From assembly GCA_964016885.1 (NCBI GenBank), contig OZ024740.1, positions 331,266,001 to 331,330,000 of the forward strand: a stretch of DNA of 64,000 nucleotides, in the 5' to 3' direction. The translations under genes and the position numbers were made by a program. The stretch comes from Eledone cirrhosa (taxonomy: Eukaryota). Of this stretch, positions 40,486 to 57,930 are shown piece after piece. Position 1 is the first letter of the stretch. Each line of letters opens with the position of its first letter. The notes beneath the pieces are model-generated. The model made no database searches. It had not been told where the DNA came from and saw only the letters and a program-made list of their open reading frames with translations.

Positions 40486-41019
40486 CTATTTGAATTTACC
40501 ATTGCGGTAACCGTCAAACAATTTCAAGTAGGGCCCCTTAAATAGGGTTGAGTGTGCGTTCACTGACAGCCCTAAAAGTGAGGGGCCAATGTCTGGATGG
40601 CCACTGTAATCAAAGTCAAGGTTGTACTCGAATGCTTTTAAAGACCATCGTGGGCAGCACGGCCTTGAAATACTCTGCCCAAAGGCCCTACGTTGAGCAT
40701 TACATTGTAGTCGAATGCCTCGTTCTTGCCATGTCTGTGTAGCTCGCGCAGCAGCAGTATTCGCCACATCCTTACTCCGACGTCTTTTACGCTGGTCTTT
40801 CGTCTCGGCAGCTCATGCAACAGAAGTTGATGCGGCATTAGTGGTTCGGCGAATGGTTCGTTGGTTGTCTGTTTCAAGTGCTCTTCTGGTGGCAGCACGT
40901 TTAGCATCTTGCCACCGTCGAATAGCAGATTCCACTGACGATTCGTTTTCCCGCCCTGTTCTTGTAGTTGCTGCTTTCGCAGTTTTTCGGCCAATGGAGT
41001 ATCACTTCCTTCGTGGCAT
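40486..41019 (-). pseudogene. Helitron Rep/helicase N-terminal remnant
   Basis: MPRRK*YSIGRKT...RALETDNQRTIRR...AAETKDQRKRRR...AFEYNLDFDYSGHPDIG...NGKFK; TTTTAG acceptor just upstream of the ATG; two stops. Confidence 0.72.
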
Positions 41020-41221
41020 GACCTAAAAGCAGGTCGTAGTACACTGAAACTCACTGGTAGAGTAAGGAGTAAACTCGTCAGTGAATTAAAAACCGATGCA
41101 TGTGATTTCCGAACGCTTGACTATGTAATTGCTAAGCCATGAGTTCCGTCTTAACCTGAGTTGGGATAGGGAGAGGGGTAATAGTAAGAGCAGCGGTTGG
41201 AATGAGTGTAAGTTAGTGAAT

Positions 41222-41691
41222 TTATATATATATTGCAGTGCAGAAGTAAATAATAAAGTAGAAAATCAAACTTTCCAGTTGTTGTCTTCCTGTTTCTTTG
41301 ACAACAACTACAACGGTACGCGGTCGAGCCCACCTACAGCCCCGGCGGACAGAATGGAGAAGGCGTTTCCTCGGATGACGGCGAGTGAGACTCGTGGAAA
41401 AAGCCACTCAAACTCGCGGGGCTCATACCTGCGCCTGACAAGCTCAGTGCCTACGGTTGTCAGTAAGTAGGTAGCTCTGGGGTCGAGGACACCAGAAGTC
41501 TCCACTGCCAGTGGTACGATCGCAAACCTGTCCGAGAGCGACCGGTATTTGGCCCCCTCAGTCCAAAGCTCAGCAGAACCTGGGTCAGTCGGAAACTGCA
41601 CCAGGTTGCGGCTGCAGAATGTGTCGGTGCAAGTGGCATCTCCGACGAGGGGTTTGCCACGGCGGAACGGGAAGATGGTCATGCCATCTGG
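41222..41691 (-). mobile_element. CRE-clade non-LTR retrotransposon 3' fragment (restriction-like endonuclease)
   Basis: PDG...GKPLVGDATCTDT...KY...PLAVETSG...RVSLAVIRGNA; absent from Helitron copy 1; TA tail. Confidence 0.85.
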
Positions 41692-42809
41692 CACGTACAC
41701 ACACACTCACGCACGCAAACGCACAAACGCATTCAGGTGTGCACGTGCACACACACCTGTTAATAGATGTACCTCTAAGTGAACGCTGCACGAACACACA
41801 CACACGCGCACGCACACACACACCACACATTTTAATTAGTTATAGCTTTCCTTCCTCTCTTCCACTGTCATGTATCAAACACAGCGTCTGTCGCCCCCCC
41901 CCCATCCTCCTCTCTCTCTCTCTCTCCCACTATCCCCCTCTTTTAATCTGTCTGTTTCTCGCACTCTCACTCTTTCTCTTTATAACACACTCACATTTCT
42001 CCCCTCTATCAAAAAACGCTGTGACGAATGGGGAGATGGAGGAGGAGGAGTAGAGAGCCACTTCGTCACTTCACCTCTCCGTTTTTTTCTATCCCCTCTC
42101 ACTCCCTCATTATGTACAGAGATTGGCCACTTCACTAATTCGATCCCTAGGACTAAATAATTTGAACTTTTTTTTTATCAAAACACTCACAGGGCCATAC
42201 GTATTACATGTGTAAAGTTTGAAAAAACACGGTTGTGTACTTCTCGAGTTTTAGGGAAACAGATACACAGACATTCTTTGTTTTATATATATAGATTACA
42301 ATTATTTCTATATCGATCAGCTCGTGTCTGATAATGCAATCGGATCCTAAATCTTAATCGACACTTCTACAGATATAAGATTTCGGATGTAAACTATCAT
42401 ATCTGGGCAGAAGGAAAACAAATATCCACATTCCCATGATCCCACCAGATCTGAATCGATGGTGGCACCTGGGGTGTATGGTTGATATTTGTACCGATGT
42501 TAGAAAAAATGTCTAGAGAACATTGGTCCTTGTTAGACATGGAAATTATTCTGCAATTCAAACCAGACGAACTGAAAAAACATCGCAGACCAGGTGCGCC
42601 TTCATGATGCGTCCTCTATACATGTATTCATGGATAGAAGAAGGACACTACTTCATCTACGGTGAAGCAACATATCATCGAGTCTTCTACCCTCATCTTA
42701 AAATGCAGAGAGCCGCAAGCCTCGGTTGTGCAAACAACAGATCTGGGACGTAAACCCCCAAAACACCAACACCAGCAACGGCAGTAGCACCAACAGCATC
42801 AGAACCAAT

Positions 42810-45800
42810 CCAAAGGAAAATTAGAAAAGTTTCAATCGCAACTGGTACCACACTTGTCTTCCTATTCCGCATTAACTCGTCATGTATTCTTAAGTCTGCA
42901 TACTTTAAAATTGTCTATTTTTTCTTCTTTGTTGATAGCGTCCTACGCAAGCAACATCGATCACTATCTTTCTCCTCTAATCTTATGTCTGTCCTCTATC
43001 TTCAAGAAATATTTCTGTCTAGACTGCCCAAAAGGGTTTGCCAGTCCTTTTTTCTGAGGCATTCTCTGGTTTGTGCTAATATCATTTCTCAGTGGTTGCA
43101 AACCTATATTTTTGGCATAGCGACGAAGGGATTTTAAACACTTCATAGTAACTGCCTTTTATACTTCCTCTGTGCAATCATTCCACAGGCCCTCACGATG
43201 TATTTCACACTCTAATTTCTTCCCATATAAACTACAGTTATTTGTTATTTCTTTCATCAGATTATAAATGTTCCGTATACGCGTTGTGTTTAGTGCTTGA
43301 TCTTGAGTAGCTATTAATAAACCTCCTGTCTCTCTAAGATCGCATTTTGTCAAAATATTCCATCAGGATCCTATTTTTACTTCCTTCGTTATTCTTTCAA
43401 GTTTACCATGCAATTCCTTATTCTCACTTGTGTTTAGTTTCTCAGCTTCTGTTTGTAATTTTATTTTCAATGGTTTCAGTGTATTGCTTAGGTCTTTGCT
43501 TACGGCAACACACTTTAAACATTTCTTTACTCCTAATATTTTGATTTTATACTTCCTCTGAATTCTCCTACTTTCCCGAATCATACAGAATGTCGACCTG
43601 ACGCCTGAAGCAAAAGGTGATAATACACACATTTTACAATCAACTCTCCTGCAAATGATACCATAAAGACATAAATAACAGTAACTGTCTTTGCATCGAA
43701 TTGGAATTAATAAGGCACTTCTCAGGGCATGTGCATTACCAGTCAGCACAACTTACTGTGTATCTTGCAGAAATTGCTTTGCAGGTATCTATTTCAACTA
43801 TTTTTAACTTCCCTTTTTTTTTATCATTCTAAGTACATCGATTGTCCTTAGTATCGTAGATTATCGCAGAGTAGCAGAGCACACCAGCTCGCATTGCTGG
43901 AAAAATAACCAAAACGCAATTTCAATTGTTATATCATTATATCTACTGAGATGTCGAACCTCTTTTGGGGAAATGTAACAATCTGGGTGATGGTTGCGCC
44001 ATTTCCCTCTGCTTTTATTCAATAAAGCCTGCATATTACCTCGTGTACATACCAACCCATTCTATCTTACATTCCCAGGGAGCTAATATTTTACGGCCCG
44101 AAATCACTTGAGCAATGGTCTCAACATGCTCAATCTCTGTACTTTAGCCAAGAACTGTTGATTTGGGCAGGATGCATGTAAGAAACCAAACAGAAGTTGT
44201 CTTCGAGTAGTGCATAATCTGGTTATAATATTTTACCAACGTTTCATCAGTAGAAGTTAGAGAAGATACCCAGATGTTCGTCACTTTATCAATGCTAGGG
44301 CATTTCTTTAATGCTAACTCCAGTATTCCCATGATGGTCTATTGCCACGTCTGCTTTTCTATATCCTTGTATGTTTCTTCCATGTACTTTATCCATTCTG
44401 CTTTTACATGATAAGTTTGTTCTGTATTCATACTGTTTTCCAAAGTTCTTCAATTCCGTGAATTGAAGTAGGTTTCTTTACTTGAATTGTCTGCGACCCA
44501 AATTCCCTGTAAAATCATTTTGTATCTGAAATAATTAGCTTATTTAGCTCTTAAAATCTGTTTCGTTTCTCAAATCTTTTCATTCTTTGAGGTTCCAGCA
44601 GCACTTCCTGTTTCGGTCTCCTTTGAATGATGTGATGTCATGTTTTGAAGTTACTTTGTATTTCTTAATCCATTTTCTTCCTTTCGTTTGATAGATTTCC
44701 CAGCAAAATCAATATTTCTCCCCTCTTCATATTTATTTCTTCATCACATTTTATCTTCCAGGGTATATTTTGTGAGTGTCCTTTGCACTTTCTTTTTTCC
44801 GTAACACGCATTTCTTTTTTATTATCGTTGCTGCTGCTAAAATAACCTCATCCAATTCTGACTCATGAGGCCTCATCTCATCATTTATTGTTTTAACTGC
44901 TTGATTGTTCTTATGTTTATTATTGTCATCAATATTATGAATTCTCACTTATTCAAATAATTTAACCGGAAAATGTGACCTATTGAATATCAAGCCGCTA
45001 CTCCTGTTTATATTTTATCCATTTTATTTGCGAATTAACAAGATGTATTTCATAAAAAGGAGTGATTTCTTATGTTTCATCTACCATATAATATTCTATT
45101 GATATTATAACTTATAGTTTCTGAGTTCAAACCCCGCCGAGGTTAACTTTGCCTTTCATCCTTACGGGGTCGATAAAATAAAGTACCAGTAATACACTGG
45201 GTAATTGCTGGCCTTGTGCCAAAAGTAGAAACAATTATAACTTATAGTTTCAAGATATGAGAATTCGTAATCCATCCCAAGTAAATTATATTATCCGTAC
45301 AGTGCATAATGAAATACGTTTGTGCTATAGAATATGAATCAGATTCGTGAGAAAAATATGTATGACATATTTGAAATCAGCATCTCAAAATTAGCTAACA
45401 ATGAAAAGAAAATCGAAGTCAGCGAAAATTCTGTTGACCAGTGTAATGAATAATGCTATTGGTTTCACGGTCCTGGTGGTATTTATGCCATTGAGATTTG
45501 ATTTTAATATCTTCTCAAACCCCTTGGAGCTGACAAGCAGTTCCCGTTCTCCCTTATCCTTGCTACATAACTTCTGGTCATCCATGAATAGTAGATATGT
45601 GACTGAATTATATCCAGTTTTTATTTTGTAAATTCTAACGAGAGTGAGACGAGCAGAATGATACATATTCAGTGTGGTAAACTATCCCCATGGTAATAAC
45701 CCGATTAAGATTTTCTCCCACGTTTATTTCTGTTCTCCAGCCCGGCATGCTTGCTTTTGTCTGTTATGTAATGTACACTGTAATTATGAGCATTTTGCGT

Positions 45801-45830
45801 TTCTCCAAAATCCAGTTTTTTTCTATCAAA
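42810..45830 (-). mobile_element. Decayed R4/Dong-like non-LTR retrotransposon fragments
   Basis: LRETGGLLIATQDQALNT, GDSLP, YLLFMDDQKL; related pieces at about 48560-49360. Confidence 0.7.
45121..45235 (+). mobile_element. Same SINE family
   Basis: B-box-like GAGTTCAAACCCC followed by GCCTTTCATCCTTACGGGGTCGATAAAATAAAGTACCAGT. Confidence 0.8.
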
Positions 45831-47694
45831 TTATTTAATTTTGTTTTGCCATAAATTCCCCGACAGACTTACGTGGCAGATTGGAGAGCATAAGTAGAGA
45901 AAGACTTGAGATGAGTAAAACAGCAGCTTTATATAATAATCATATTGGAGCTGAGGGTAAAACATTCGGCAAAACAACTTAATTTGAAAGCTCCCGCAAG
46001 GTTTCTTTCTGAAGAAATTTAATACAAGGCAAATATGTATGCTCACATTAAGAAACAAAATCTACCCTAATACAATAATAAATATGCCATACATCACCCC
46101 AATCTTTTTGCTTCTCACTCTATGTAGTACCTCCTTTTTATTTCATTCAAATCCTTCCCAGTTGTGTCTCAAAAAATCACTTTTCATTATTCTGGAATCG
46201 GTTTTTCTGTTTTAACCTTTAAATTATACTCTCATATCGTTTCGTTTGACCTTTTTTACCCTCAATATTTGCTTCGGGTCTGAAATTACTCACTTCTTCT
46301 TTTTTACACTTTTTACTTCCCGTGTCGTGTTTTGGAAACTCAAGCATTTCTAGGCGCACGTTCCCTTCGAGGCTGTAGTTGGCTACGTTTTCGTCCTAAC
46401 GTTTTAAAGCAATTTTCTATTTGACTTTTCCTGTGCGAGTTTTAGGTTTACCTTTCTTCTAGTCAATTTCATTGAGCAGTAACACTTCAACCGCTTTGTG
46501 CATTTTATTTATTTCTCTGTGAGAATTTAATGGTTTATATCCTATAATTGGGTCAATTTGTTTTGTTTTCAGTCTTAGATTCTTTCGAATGAACGTAGGT
46601 TGTTATTCTTTTTATTGTTGTTTTATTTCAGAGAGTTTAATACTTTAATCAACTAGCGTATTACATTCTCAATTTTATTTTATTTTTATCTCGTTCAGCT
46701 CCTTCTCAGAATGAGTGAAGTTTTACCTTTCAATAACTTTAGTTACATTCATTTCAAACTCGCCATTGTTTCCTATATGATATTTTGCTTTCTTCCAATT
46801 TTAGTTTTGATAGTCATTCGGCCTTATATATGTTGCTGATCCGAAGTTTCTGATTTTCAACGGATATCTCCTCCCAAGCCAATTCCTTTTCGTCAATCGC
46901 TTGCATTCCAAACCCTTTCCAGGGTCTAACGTTATTTTTCTATATCCTGCTTCAGCTGGGTTTTTATGTAACAGTAATTCTTTAGTATATGTTAAGCTCT
47001 TATATTCCTTTTCTCCATGTTAAATATGTATTTGTTAAACTTTTTATTTAATTCGTGTCAATACCATCTTTCACTTTATTCTATAAAGAGCAAAGCACTA
47101 AACATTTGACCCTTAGAAACAAATCCTGCATTTCAAATATAAGCAAGTCTCAGCATTTGGCTAAAAGTATGGAGGTTAAAGCACCTCCTCACTCTGCAAC
47201 CACAGAGTAGGAGAGCCACATCAACTTGTATTGTTGGAAGTACTTCCAAACCACAATATGTATTGATAATTTTATGTCTGAATTTCCCTCTCTAACTAGA
47301 AATCAGTCGAATAAAAACAGCATCAGCAACGAATGGAACAATACGTCATGCAAAAAATCACTAAGACAAAATTGATTCTTCAGATACTACTGTTGATGCT
47401 GCTATGGATGTCACTTGCTGCTACAACCATAAGATAAAAGCAGAACATATACCACTATCACCAGCACCAACAACACCACAACCACAGATGTGTCAAATTC
47501 ACTAGAGTGTCAACGTGTAACACTGCGACCGCCATCAACATTTAAACAAGCGGTGAAAAGAATACGCTGCCACTACCACAGCCACTATTTCTACAGCTAA
47601 ACATACTAGAGCGATGCAAATAAATATAAATGTCGACCGAATAGTGGCTTTTCTTGTGCTAGAACAAGTACTCCCGGTTAAGGAAACCCAATAT

Positions 47695-48545
47695 AATTCA
47701 CAGCTGCTTAGATGCTATGTCCAAGAGGCTATGGTGAAAAACAAGGAGGCAAATTGAAAGCCAACAGAGAACAGATTGGCCTCCTTGTGAGGGCATGGGC
47801 AGGTAGGTCACACTAACCCAGAAATTGGCCGATAAGAAGTTATCCCTGAAAGAGCAGGTTGTGTTGGTGAACGAATACATCACACCCGTCAACTACTACT
47901 GCCTTACCCTCGTGCGTGCCTTGTTAAGTCGCCTCTGACTGTTCTTGAGTGTTTGCTTTTCGCTTTGTTGAACGGGTGTGTTACAACGTTTAGGCGTTTC
48001 ATCTGCTGTCAACACCCACTGTGTGGGGAACTGGGCAACCCTGGTTGATGATGCTCAGGAATGTGCTGTAGATTTTCCTTGACATTAAACAGGTGTGGTC
48101 GCTTTTCGCTTGGCACCTTTTTCCCCAGGTCGTCTCTGTGATGGAACTGCAATCCTGTGTGAATGAGAAACATTTAGGGAGTTCTTGGGAACTAGAATGT
48201 CTTCAAACGCTCACAACCCTTTGCCAATCGGGTACTGCGATCGGTGGAAACTCCATCATGGCGTTCTGTAGACGGTTAGTAATGAGCAAAAGAGACGACG
48301 TTCTTAGGGAAACTCTGTTCGTCAACGAAAACCAACTAGCCAATATCTACCGGAGGACTCTCCGTGCCGGGCCAATCTATAACATCCAGAAATCCCTGGC
48401 CTGGCAGTGCAACTGGGGAGCGTTGCCAGTTCGGGAAAGTTTCTGCAGGCATTGAAGTGTCATCAGTCGGGCTGGCCGAAATGGGCTCAGGACGACGAAA
48501 TCCTCTTCATGCACTCGTCCAGTGTGTGAGTATCGCTGACTTCTG
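47695..48545 (+). mobile_element. L1/Tx1-type LINE C-terminal fragment
   Basis: KLSLKEQVVLVNEYITPVNYY; SLAWQCNWGALPVRE; HALVQC (CCHC knuckle remnant). Confidence 0.7.
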
Positions 48546-50076
48546 ATTTTATGGTACGCGGTTTAGATGTACTTATGAGAAATTGAAACTATGTATCATC
48601 ATGTTTTGGAATGTTTGTTTCTGTCGATTTAATCAGGAGATATGTTATACCTTGTGCAAACCAATCAGGTGTTTCCTCGTGGTAGTGCATAATTTCCTGA
48701 TAACGTTTTACTAATTAATCGAGGGTAGCTGTTATTGAAGATAAGCAAACGTTTGGCACCATTTTAATGCCAGGATATTCCCATTTGTTGGTTTTCTTTA
48801 GTGCTAACTCAAATCGTTCCATAGTTATATCTTGTCAAGTCTGTATTTTCTGAATTATTGTATATCCCTTTCATGTTCTTTCTGAATTCTGCATTCTCAT
48901 AGGATTTTTCTCTACTCAATACTGTTTTCCAAATGTATTCAATCTCATGAATTGAAGAAGATTATTTTACTTGAATTGTATATGTCCCAATTTCCCTGTA
49001 AAAGCTTTTTGCGTGTGACATAAACAGCTGTTTCGATTTTCAAATCATCTGATACGTTGAGCGCCCAGCTGTACTTTCTCTTTCATAACTTTTTTGATTG
49101 ATGCAATAACAAGTTGTGAAGTTGGGTTTTATTTCTTAAAACACTTCCGTCTTTTTTTTTTACATATTTTCCAGCACATATTTCATACAAGAACGATATT
49201 TTTCCTTTCATCATTTCAATTATTTCACATCCTTTCACTTTTAGTGTGTTTATTGTTTTGTGGGAATTGTGTCTTTTTCACATTTAGACTGGCAAATATC
49301 ACCTTTCCTTTAGCGTTACTGCATAAATAATCACATTCAATTCTGATCGATCAGGCTCCAGCTCTAAACGAAACTTTAAGCGCTGGATTCCCAATGTCAT
49401 TTGTTCCGGTTTTGTCAAACCTTTATCCTAACATTTCGATTTGTCTTTGTCGGTTCAGACTTTTTGTGCTTTCATGTTCAAACGAGGATAGATTAGTAAA
49501 TCTGTGTACAACAATATTCCTCCAAAGTTATACAAATGAACAGGGCTTTATTCATTGATGTTTTGCTATTTTGTGCTAAAAACAACAAACGATTCACTAG
49601 TAATTCTAATTAAAATATATGTCGTTGTATGTGTAGGGTTTCTTGGAGCATAAGTAGTCGTCATGTAGATGTTGTTCTGTAGATATACATAAATGTTTAT
49701 CTTTATTAAATGATATGAAGATATTTAATAATATATTTATACTTGCGCAAGACGTAAAATTGTCCTATCATTATAGAAAACATATCACAGCTCGTTACGA
49801 GTTGAATATTCTAAAAGGAATGCTTATTTATTTCTATTATCTCTCATTTTCTATGTGTTGCTTTAATTTTATTGCCTTCTCTGACTAAGGATTTGATATT
49901 TATTATGTACTTTATGTATTCAGATGTCATTAATAATAGGTTATTCGAAATACAAGTTTTGTTTTCAATTACTTATAGTTTACGGTTTTTAGGTCATTAA
50001 TTCCATTTATGTGAATGTATGTCTTTGGTCTAATTCCGTTTTATATACGTATGTATATACTATATATACACGCATG

Positions 50077-50232
<156 letters not shown>

Positions 50233-50239
50233 CATATAT

Positions 50240-50640
50240 ATACAATATTAATAAATGGAAACTATATTTATAAAACCATATTTATTTCATTATATATATT
50301 TCAAGGATACCAAGTTAAATCATGGTATGCCTTCATCAGACAAAATACAATATATAACAGTTTTACAAATAGATATTGACGTACCCTTTCAAAAAGGTGA
50401 CCGTTGTTTTTAGAGGCCATCTATTTGTAAAACTGTTATATATTGTATTTTGTCTGATGATGGCATACCATGATTTAACTTGGTATCCTTGAAATATATA
50501 TAATGAAATAAATATGGTTTTATAAATATATTTTCTATTTATTAATATTGTATATCTACTCCAAATATTTGTCGAGTGCTTTATATCAGTTATAATAATA
50601 TTTGCTTGTTGTATCCCAACAATTTAAATAGAACTTTTGC
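50240..50640. mobile_element. Small fold-back PLE derivative with paired hammerheads
   Basis: 50240-50375 is the reverse complement of 50419-50553; flanked by long (TA)n. Confidence 0.82.
50446..50510 (+). ncRNA. Hammerhead ribozyme
   Basis: uauuuugu-CUGAUGA-uggcauacca..ugguauccuu-GAAA-UAUAUA-UA-augaaaua; minus copy at 50283-50347. Confidence 0.82.
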
Positions 50641-50644
50641 ATTT

Positions 50645-50690
<46 letters not shown>

Positions 50691-50824
50691 CCCGTTGCAT
50701 TGTATGCCTACGCCAGAAAAGATCGCGTATATATATACCTATATTTATATATGTATATACATATATATACATATATATGTATATATATACATATATATAT
50801 AATATATATACTTATATATATATA

Positions 50825-50928
<104 letters not shown>

Positions 50929-51161
50929 AATATATATACATATATATACATATATATATGTATATAAATAAATATATATATATATATATGTTTGTGTCTA
51001 TATTGTATCTGTATTTTTGACCGTTGGTCAGTCAATGGTAACATTGAGGACGGAATAAATTAAATTAACCGATATAAAAGACGCAGGAGCGAAAACCAAC
51101 CAAACAGTGAATGTGTTCTGTTATTAATTTTGGCAATATTATTACACAAATATGACCCTCC

Positions 51162-54307
<3,146 letters not shown>

Positions 54308-54313
<6 letters not shown>

Positions 54314-54788
54314 TAGCGAAACAAACGGTTATTAAACAATTTTCTAAATAAATTAAAAAATGATTAAATAATCACCTATTCAGATGCTGTTACCGACGGT
54401 TTCATCATTCCGAAAGATTGGAAATCCAACGATCTATAATTTATTCTCCTTACGTAGAGAACAAAACGTTGAATAATGCTGCTAATTTTAGTGGCAATTC
54501 GACATGTTTATAATATCCAGCTTTTATCAGCGACCTGATTTGCGTGTGTGTCACTTTAACGGCTTGACCGCATGAGTTGGGCAGGGAACATAATATTTAC
54601 TTGCTATACCTTATAGCGTGGAAATAGGGCTGTCTGAAGATTCATTTCTTTCCATTGGAAATTCGTTGGATTTCCAATCTTTCGGAATGATGAAACCGTC
54701 GGTAACAGCATCTGAACAGGTGATTATTTAATCATTTTTTAATTTATTTAGAAAATTGTTTAATAACCGTTTGTTTCGCTACTTTTAT
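54308..54788. mobile_element. Fold-back PLE derivative
   Basis: 54308-54432 is the reverse complement of 54663-54788. Confidence 0.8.
54629..54709 (+). ncRNA. Hammerhead with extended stem II
   Basis: gcugu-CUGAAGA-uucauu..auuggaaau/auuuccaau..aaugau-GAAA-CCGUCGG-UA-acagc. Confidence 0.85.
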
Positions 54789-54890
54789 ATTGTTCTGGTA
54801 TCTCGAATTAGTCCCATTGAACCACATGTATTATAAACAACTTGAATATTTTTACAAGTACATTGTACCTGTTGAAGTATCCATCCACTT

Positions 54891-54975
<85 letters not shown>

Positions 54976-54977
54976 TA

Positions 54978-55043
<66 letters not shown>

Positions 55044-55121
55044 GAACACTGGAAGGTAATATCCATAGTGGTCGACCACTCAGTCCATGAACGAGTTAGG
55101 TAGAAGTGATAACACAACAGT

Positions 55122-55292
<171 letters not shown>

Positions 55293-55322
55293 AATCTACC
55301 AAAATATACGATAGTGTCCAAT

Positions 55323-55593
55323 AAATTAATACAAACAATGAATAAAAACAAAGAAACAGTTCCTTATTTTAAAAAATTCATCATTTTACGATTGTTTCTA
55401 GGATATATATGTGTGTGTTGCATATATATGTGTAGGTATGTATATTCCCTCTGATAGTTTGTAAAATGCTACATAGATCTATATGATATACATACCAACA
55501 CACACATATATGTCCTAGAAACGATCGTAAAATGATGAATTTTTTTAATATAAGGAACTGTTTCTTTGTTTTATTCATTGTTTTTATTAATTT
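55323..55593. repeat. Inverted repeat holding a hammerhead 3' half
   Basis: 55323-55420 vs 55496-55593; GAAACGATCGTA at about 55518. Confidence 0.7.
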
Positions 55594-55656
55594 AGATATA
55601 TATATATACATATATTATAAGAAATAAAGCAAAGAAGCCTTCAATACATCAAAAGT

Positions 55657-55710
55657 CTTTATTAGCCAACAATGTTTCGTCCTATTAAGGACTCATCAGG
55701 GCAAGTAAAG
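55657..55710 (-). ncRNA. Type-I minimal hammerhead ribozyme (3' pLTR copy)
   Basis: gcc-CUGAUGA-gucc(u)/(a)ggac-GAAAC-auu-GUU-ggc; distal stem I cuuua/uaaag. Confidence 0.88.
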
Positions 55711-57470
55711 CTACAAGAAGCACTATCCGCCAATACAAGCCCAAAACTCAGAAGAATATAGAGTATACATCTATTAAAGCTTAGGAAAGATATCAAGGAA
55801 AAGTTGGCTAAGATTAAGAGTGATCAGTTACAAACATAGATATAGACCAAATAGCAAGGAAGTGATTAACATGTTGAACCCACATTGCAAATATTGTATA
55901 AAGCAAAAACTTGAAACACAAATGGTAATATAATGCGAGAATTACAGTACGATATAGAATATAATATAATATAATAGATGGTGATAATATAAAGGTTAAT
56001 ATATGTATATATATATATCTATGAAGTAATTCCGTCGGAAACATTCCAGGAAAAAAGAGTGCTCTATGTAGGTAACAGAGCTTAATTATTATTATGTAAT
56101 AAACAACATAAGGCAATTATTCCATTTGCCTTATGTTGTTTATTACATAATAATATATCTATATCTATACATATAGACATTAGTACAAACACAAACTAAC
56201 ACTTATTAAGTATTTAAATATATATATATATATATATATTGTTTACAGTATAATATAACAAAGATAAAAATAAGAATAAAGATAAAAATAAAAATAAAAT
56301 ATAATATATAATTCCCTGTTAATGTGCATAAACAATATAAAAACATTATAATAACATTATAATAACAATATTATAATATATTGGCATCAAAAAATATACA
56401 AAATTACATCATACATATAATTCAAGGTTAACAAATAGTATAAAGTTTTACACAGGGTAAGAAAAAAATCATATAGAACTAAATTGTGTTGAAAAAAATA
56501 GTTATACCATTGTAACAAATACACAGAGGTCAAGTCATTTTACATTGGCATAAATATTACCAAAGTATCACAAAATATTACAAAATATAACAGAACAGTA
56601 CCTCAAATAACAGACATATATTAGAATCTATAATACGATTACATAAAAATGATATGATATAACAACGTTGATATCAAATAGCGAACAGAGTGTAAGGAAA
56701 TGCTTAATATATATATTTACGTGGTTGACATACACAGACATATATTAATGAAATTACATGATCAGACAGACAGCGTGTGAAAGTAAAAAAATAAATTAAA
56801 TAAACCGAAGATCGAAAAATAAAAATAAGTATATTTACTTAGGTGTCACAAGCGGTTAAGTAAAAGAAAAAAGATAGAAATGTAAACCGGAGAATTGACT
56901 AGAAAACCTTTTTAAATTAATTAATATTAAAAGTATTTAAAATACATATTTAGTCACTTCAAAATTTGCTAATGTTTAAGTCATCAAAATCGTATAAGTT
57001 TAAGATATCTCAATAAAATTATCAAGAATAGAATAAAATATGCTCCGTTCAGTCGAATAACGTTATCCAATAAAAGGACTCTAAATAGAACTATGGTAGA
57101 CCAATGGGAACAGAAAGAAGAGAGGCTATGGAGGATAGGAAGGAGCATAAAAGTAAAATCAATATATTATATAATATCATAAAAAGGAACATAAAGGTGA
57201 AATTTATATATAGTATAATAGAAGGGGCGGATATTAAGTGTGTAGAGGAGGAGGTTCATTAATTGAATGAGACTCCAAATAAAGTATTTAATAAGATATA
57301 AAATAATAAGGTGTTAGTAGTGAAACTATAATAATGCTTAAGAAGATAGATAGGGTATGGTAGCCAAAAGACTATGGAAACTAAAATCGAAAAGCTGTAA
57401 AACACTAATAATTATAATGGTGATGGTAATCAAAATGAACCTAAACAAAAAAGATAAGGAAATATAGCAG

Positions 57471-57930
57471 CTAATGGATACGATTTAAACTACCAGAACT
57501 TTTAGGTCTATAATAGAAGAAAGAATTAGAAATGGCATGGGGGCAGGAAGAAAATATCTCAGACTTTCTATTAAGCAAAGCTTCCCTAGAGAAAATTATA
57601 GAGTGGGTCTCTAGGATACAGAGATTACAGAATTTAGTGTGTGTTGATAGGTTATTAGAGCGTGCTATTATACGCCAATTAAGGCTATATGGCATACCAG
57701 CCCCTTTACGATCCTAGATATGGTGTGCTAAAGAAGTAGAGTTATTAAACTTAACATGCTTAAAATTAGATATATGAGAATTAAACCTAGTTTTAAAAGT
57801 ATTAGATGTGGAGCCTATATATGTGCTATTAGAAGAATTAGCCTTAACTTCACAAGCATAAACAATGTTCCTAGAGAGGCAGTGACCATTTAAAGGGCAG
57901 TTAATACTTACTCTACAGTTACACTTCCGG
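57471..57930 (-). pseudogene. Penelope GIY-YIG endonuclease with Cys-rich linker
   Basis: CNCRVSINCPLNGHC linker, IVY...YIGSTSNTFKTRFNSH, CNLCILE, LLNRKSEIFSSCPH; one in-frame stop at 57714. Confidence 0.92.

Larger units (their letters stand above)
39423..42295 (-). mobile_element. Non-autonomous Helitron, copy 2 (chimeric 3' end)
   Basis: A|TC start at 42295; CCCGTGCAACGCCGGG hairpin plus CTAG at 39423; 40178-42295 is homologous to copy 1. Confidence 0.85.

Noticed and set aside
41511-42053. 180-aa plus-strand ORF
   Set aside because: Spans the antisense CRE fragment, CA repeats and Helitron non-coding sequence.
45121-45140. B-box-like GAGTTCAAACCCC as a tRNA gene
   Set aside because: No cloverleaf; it is the head of a SINE.
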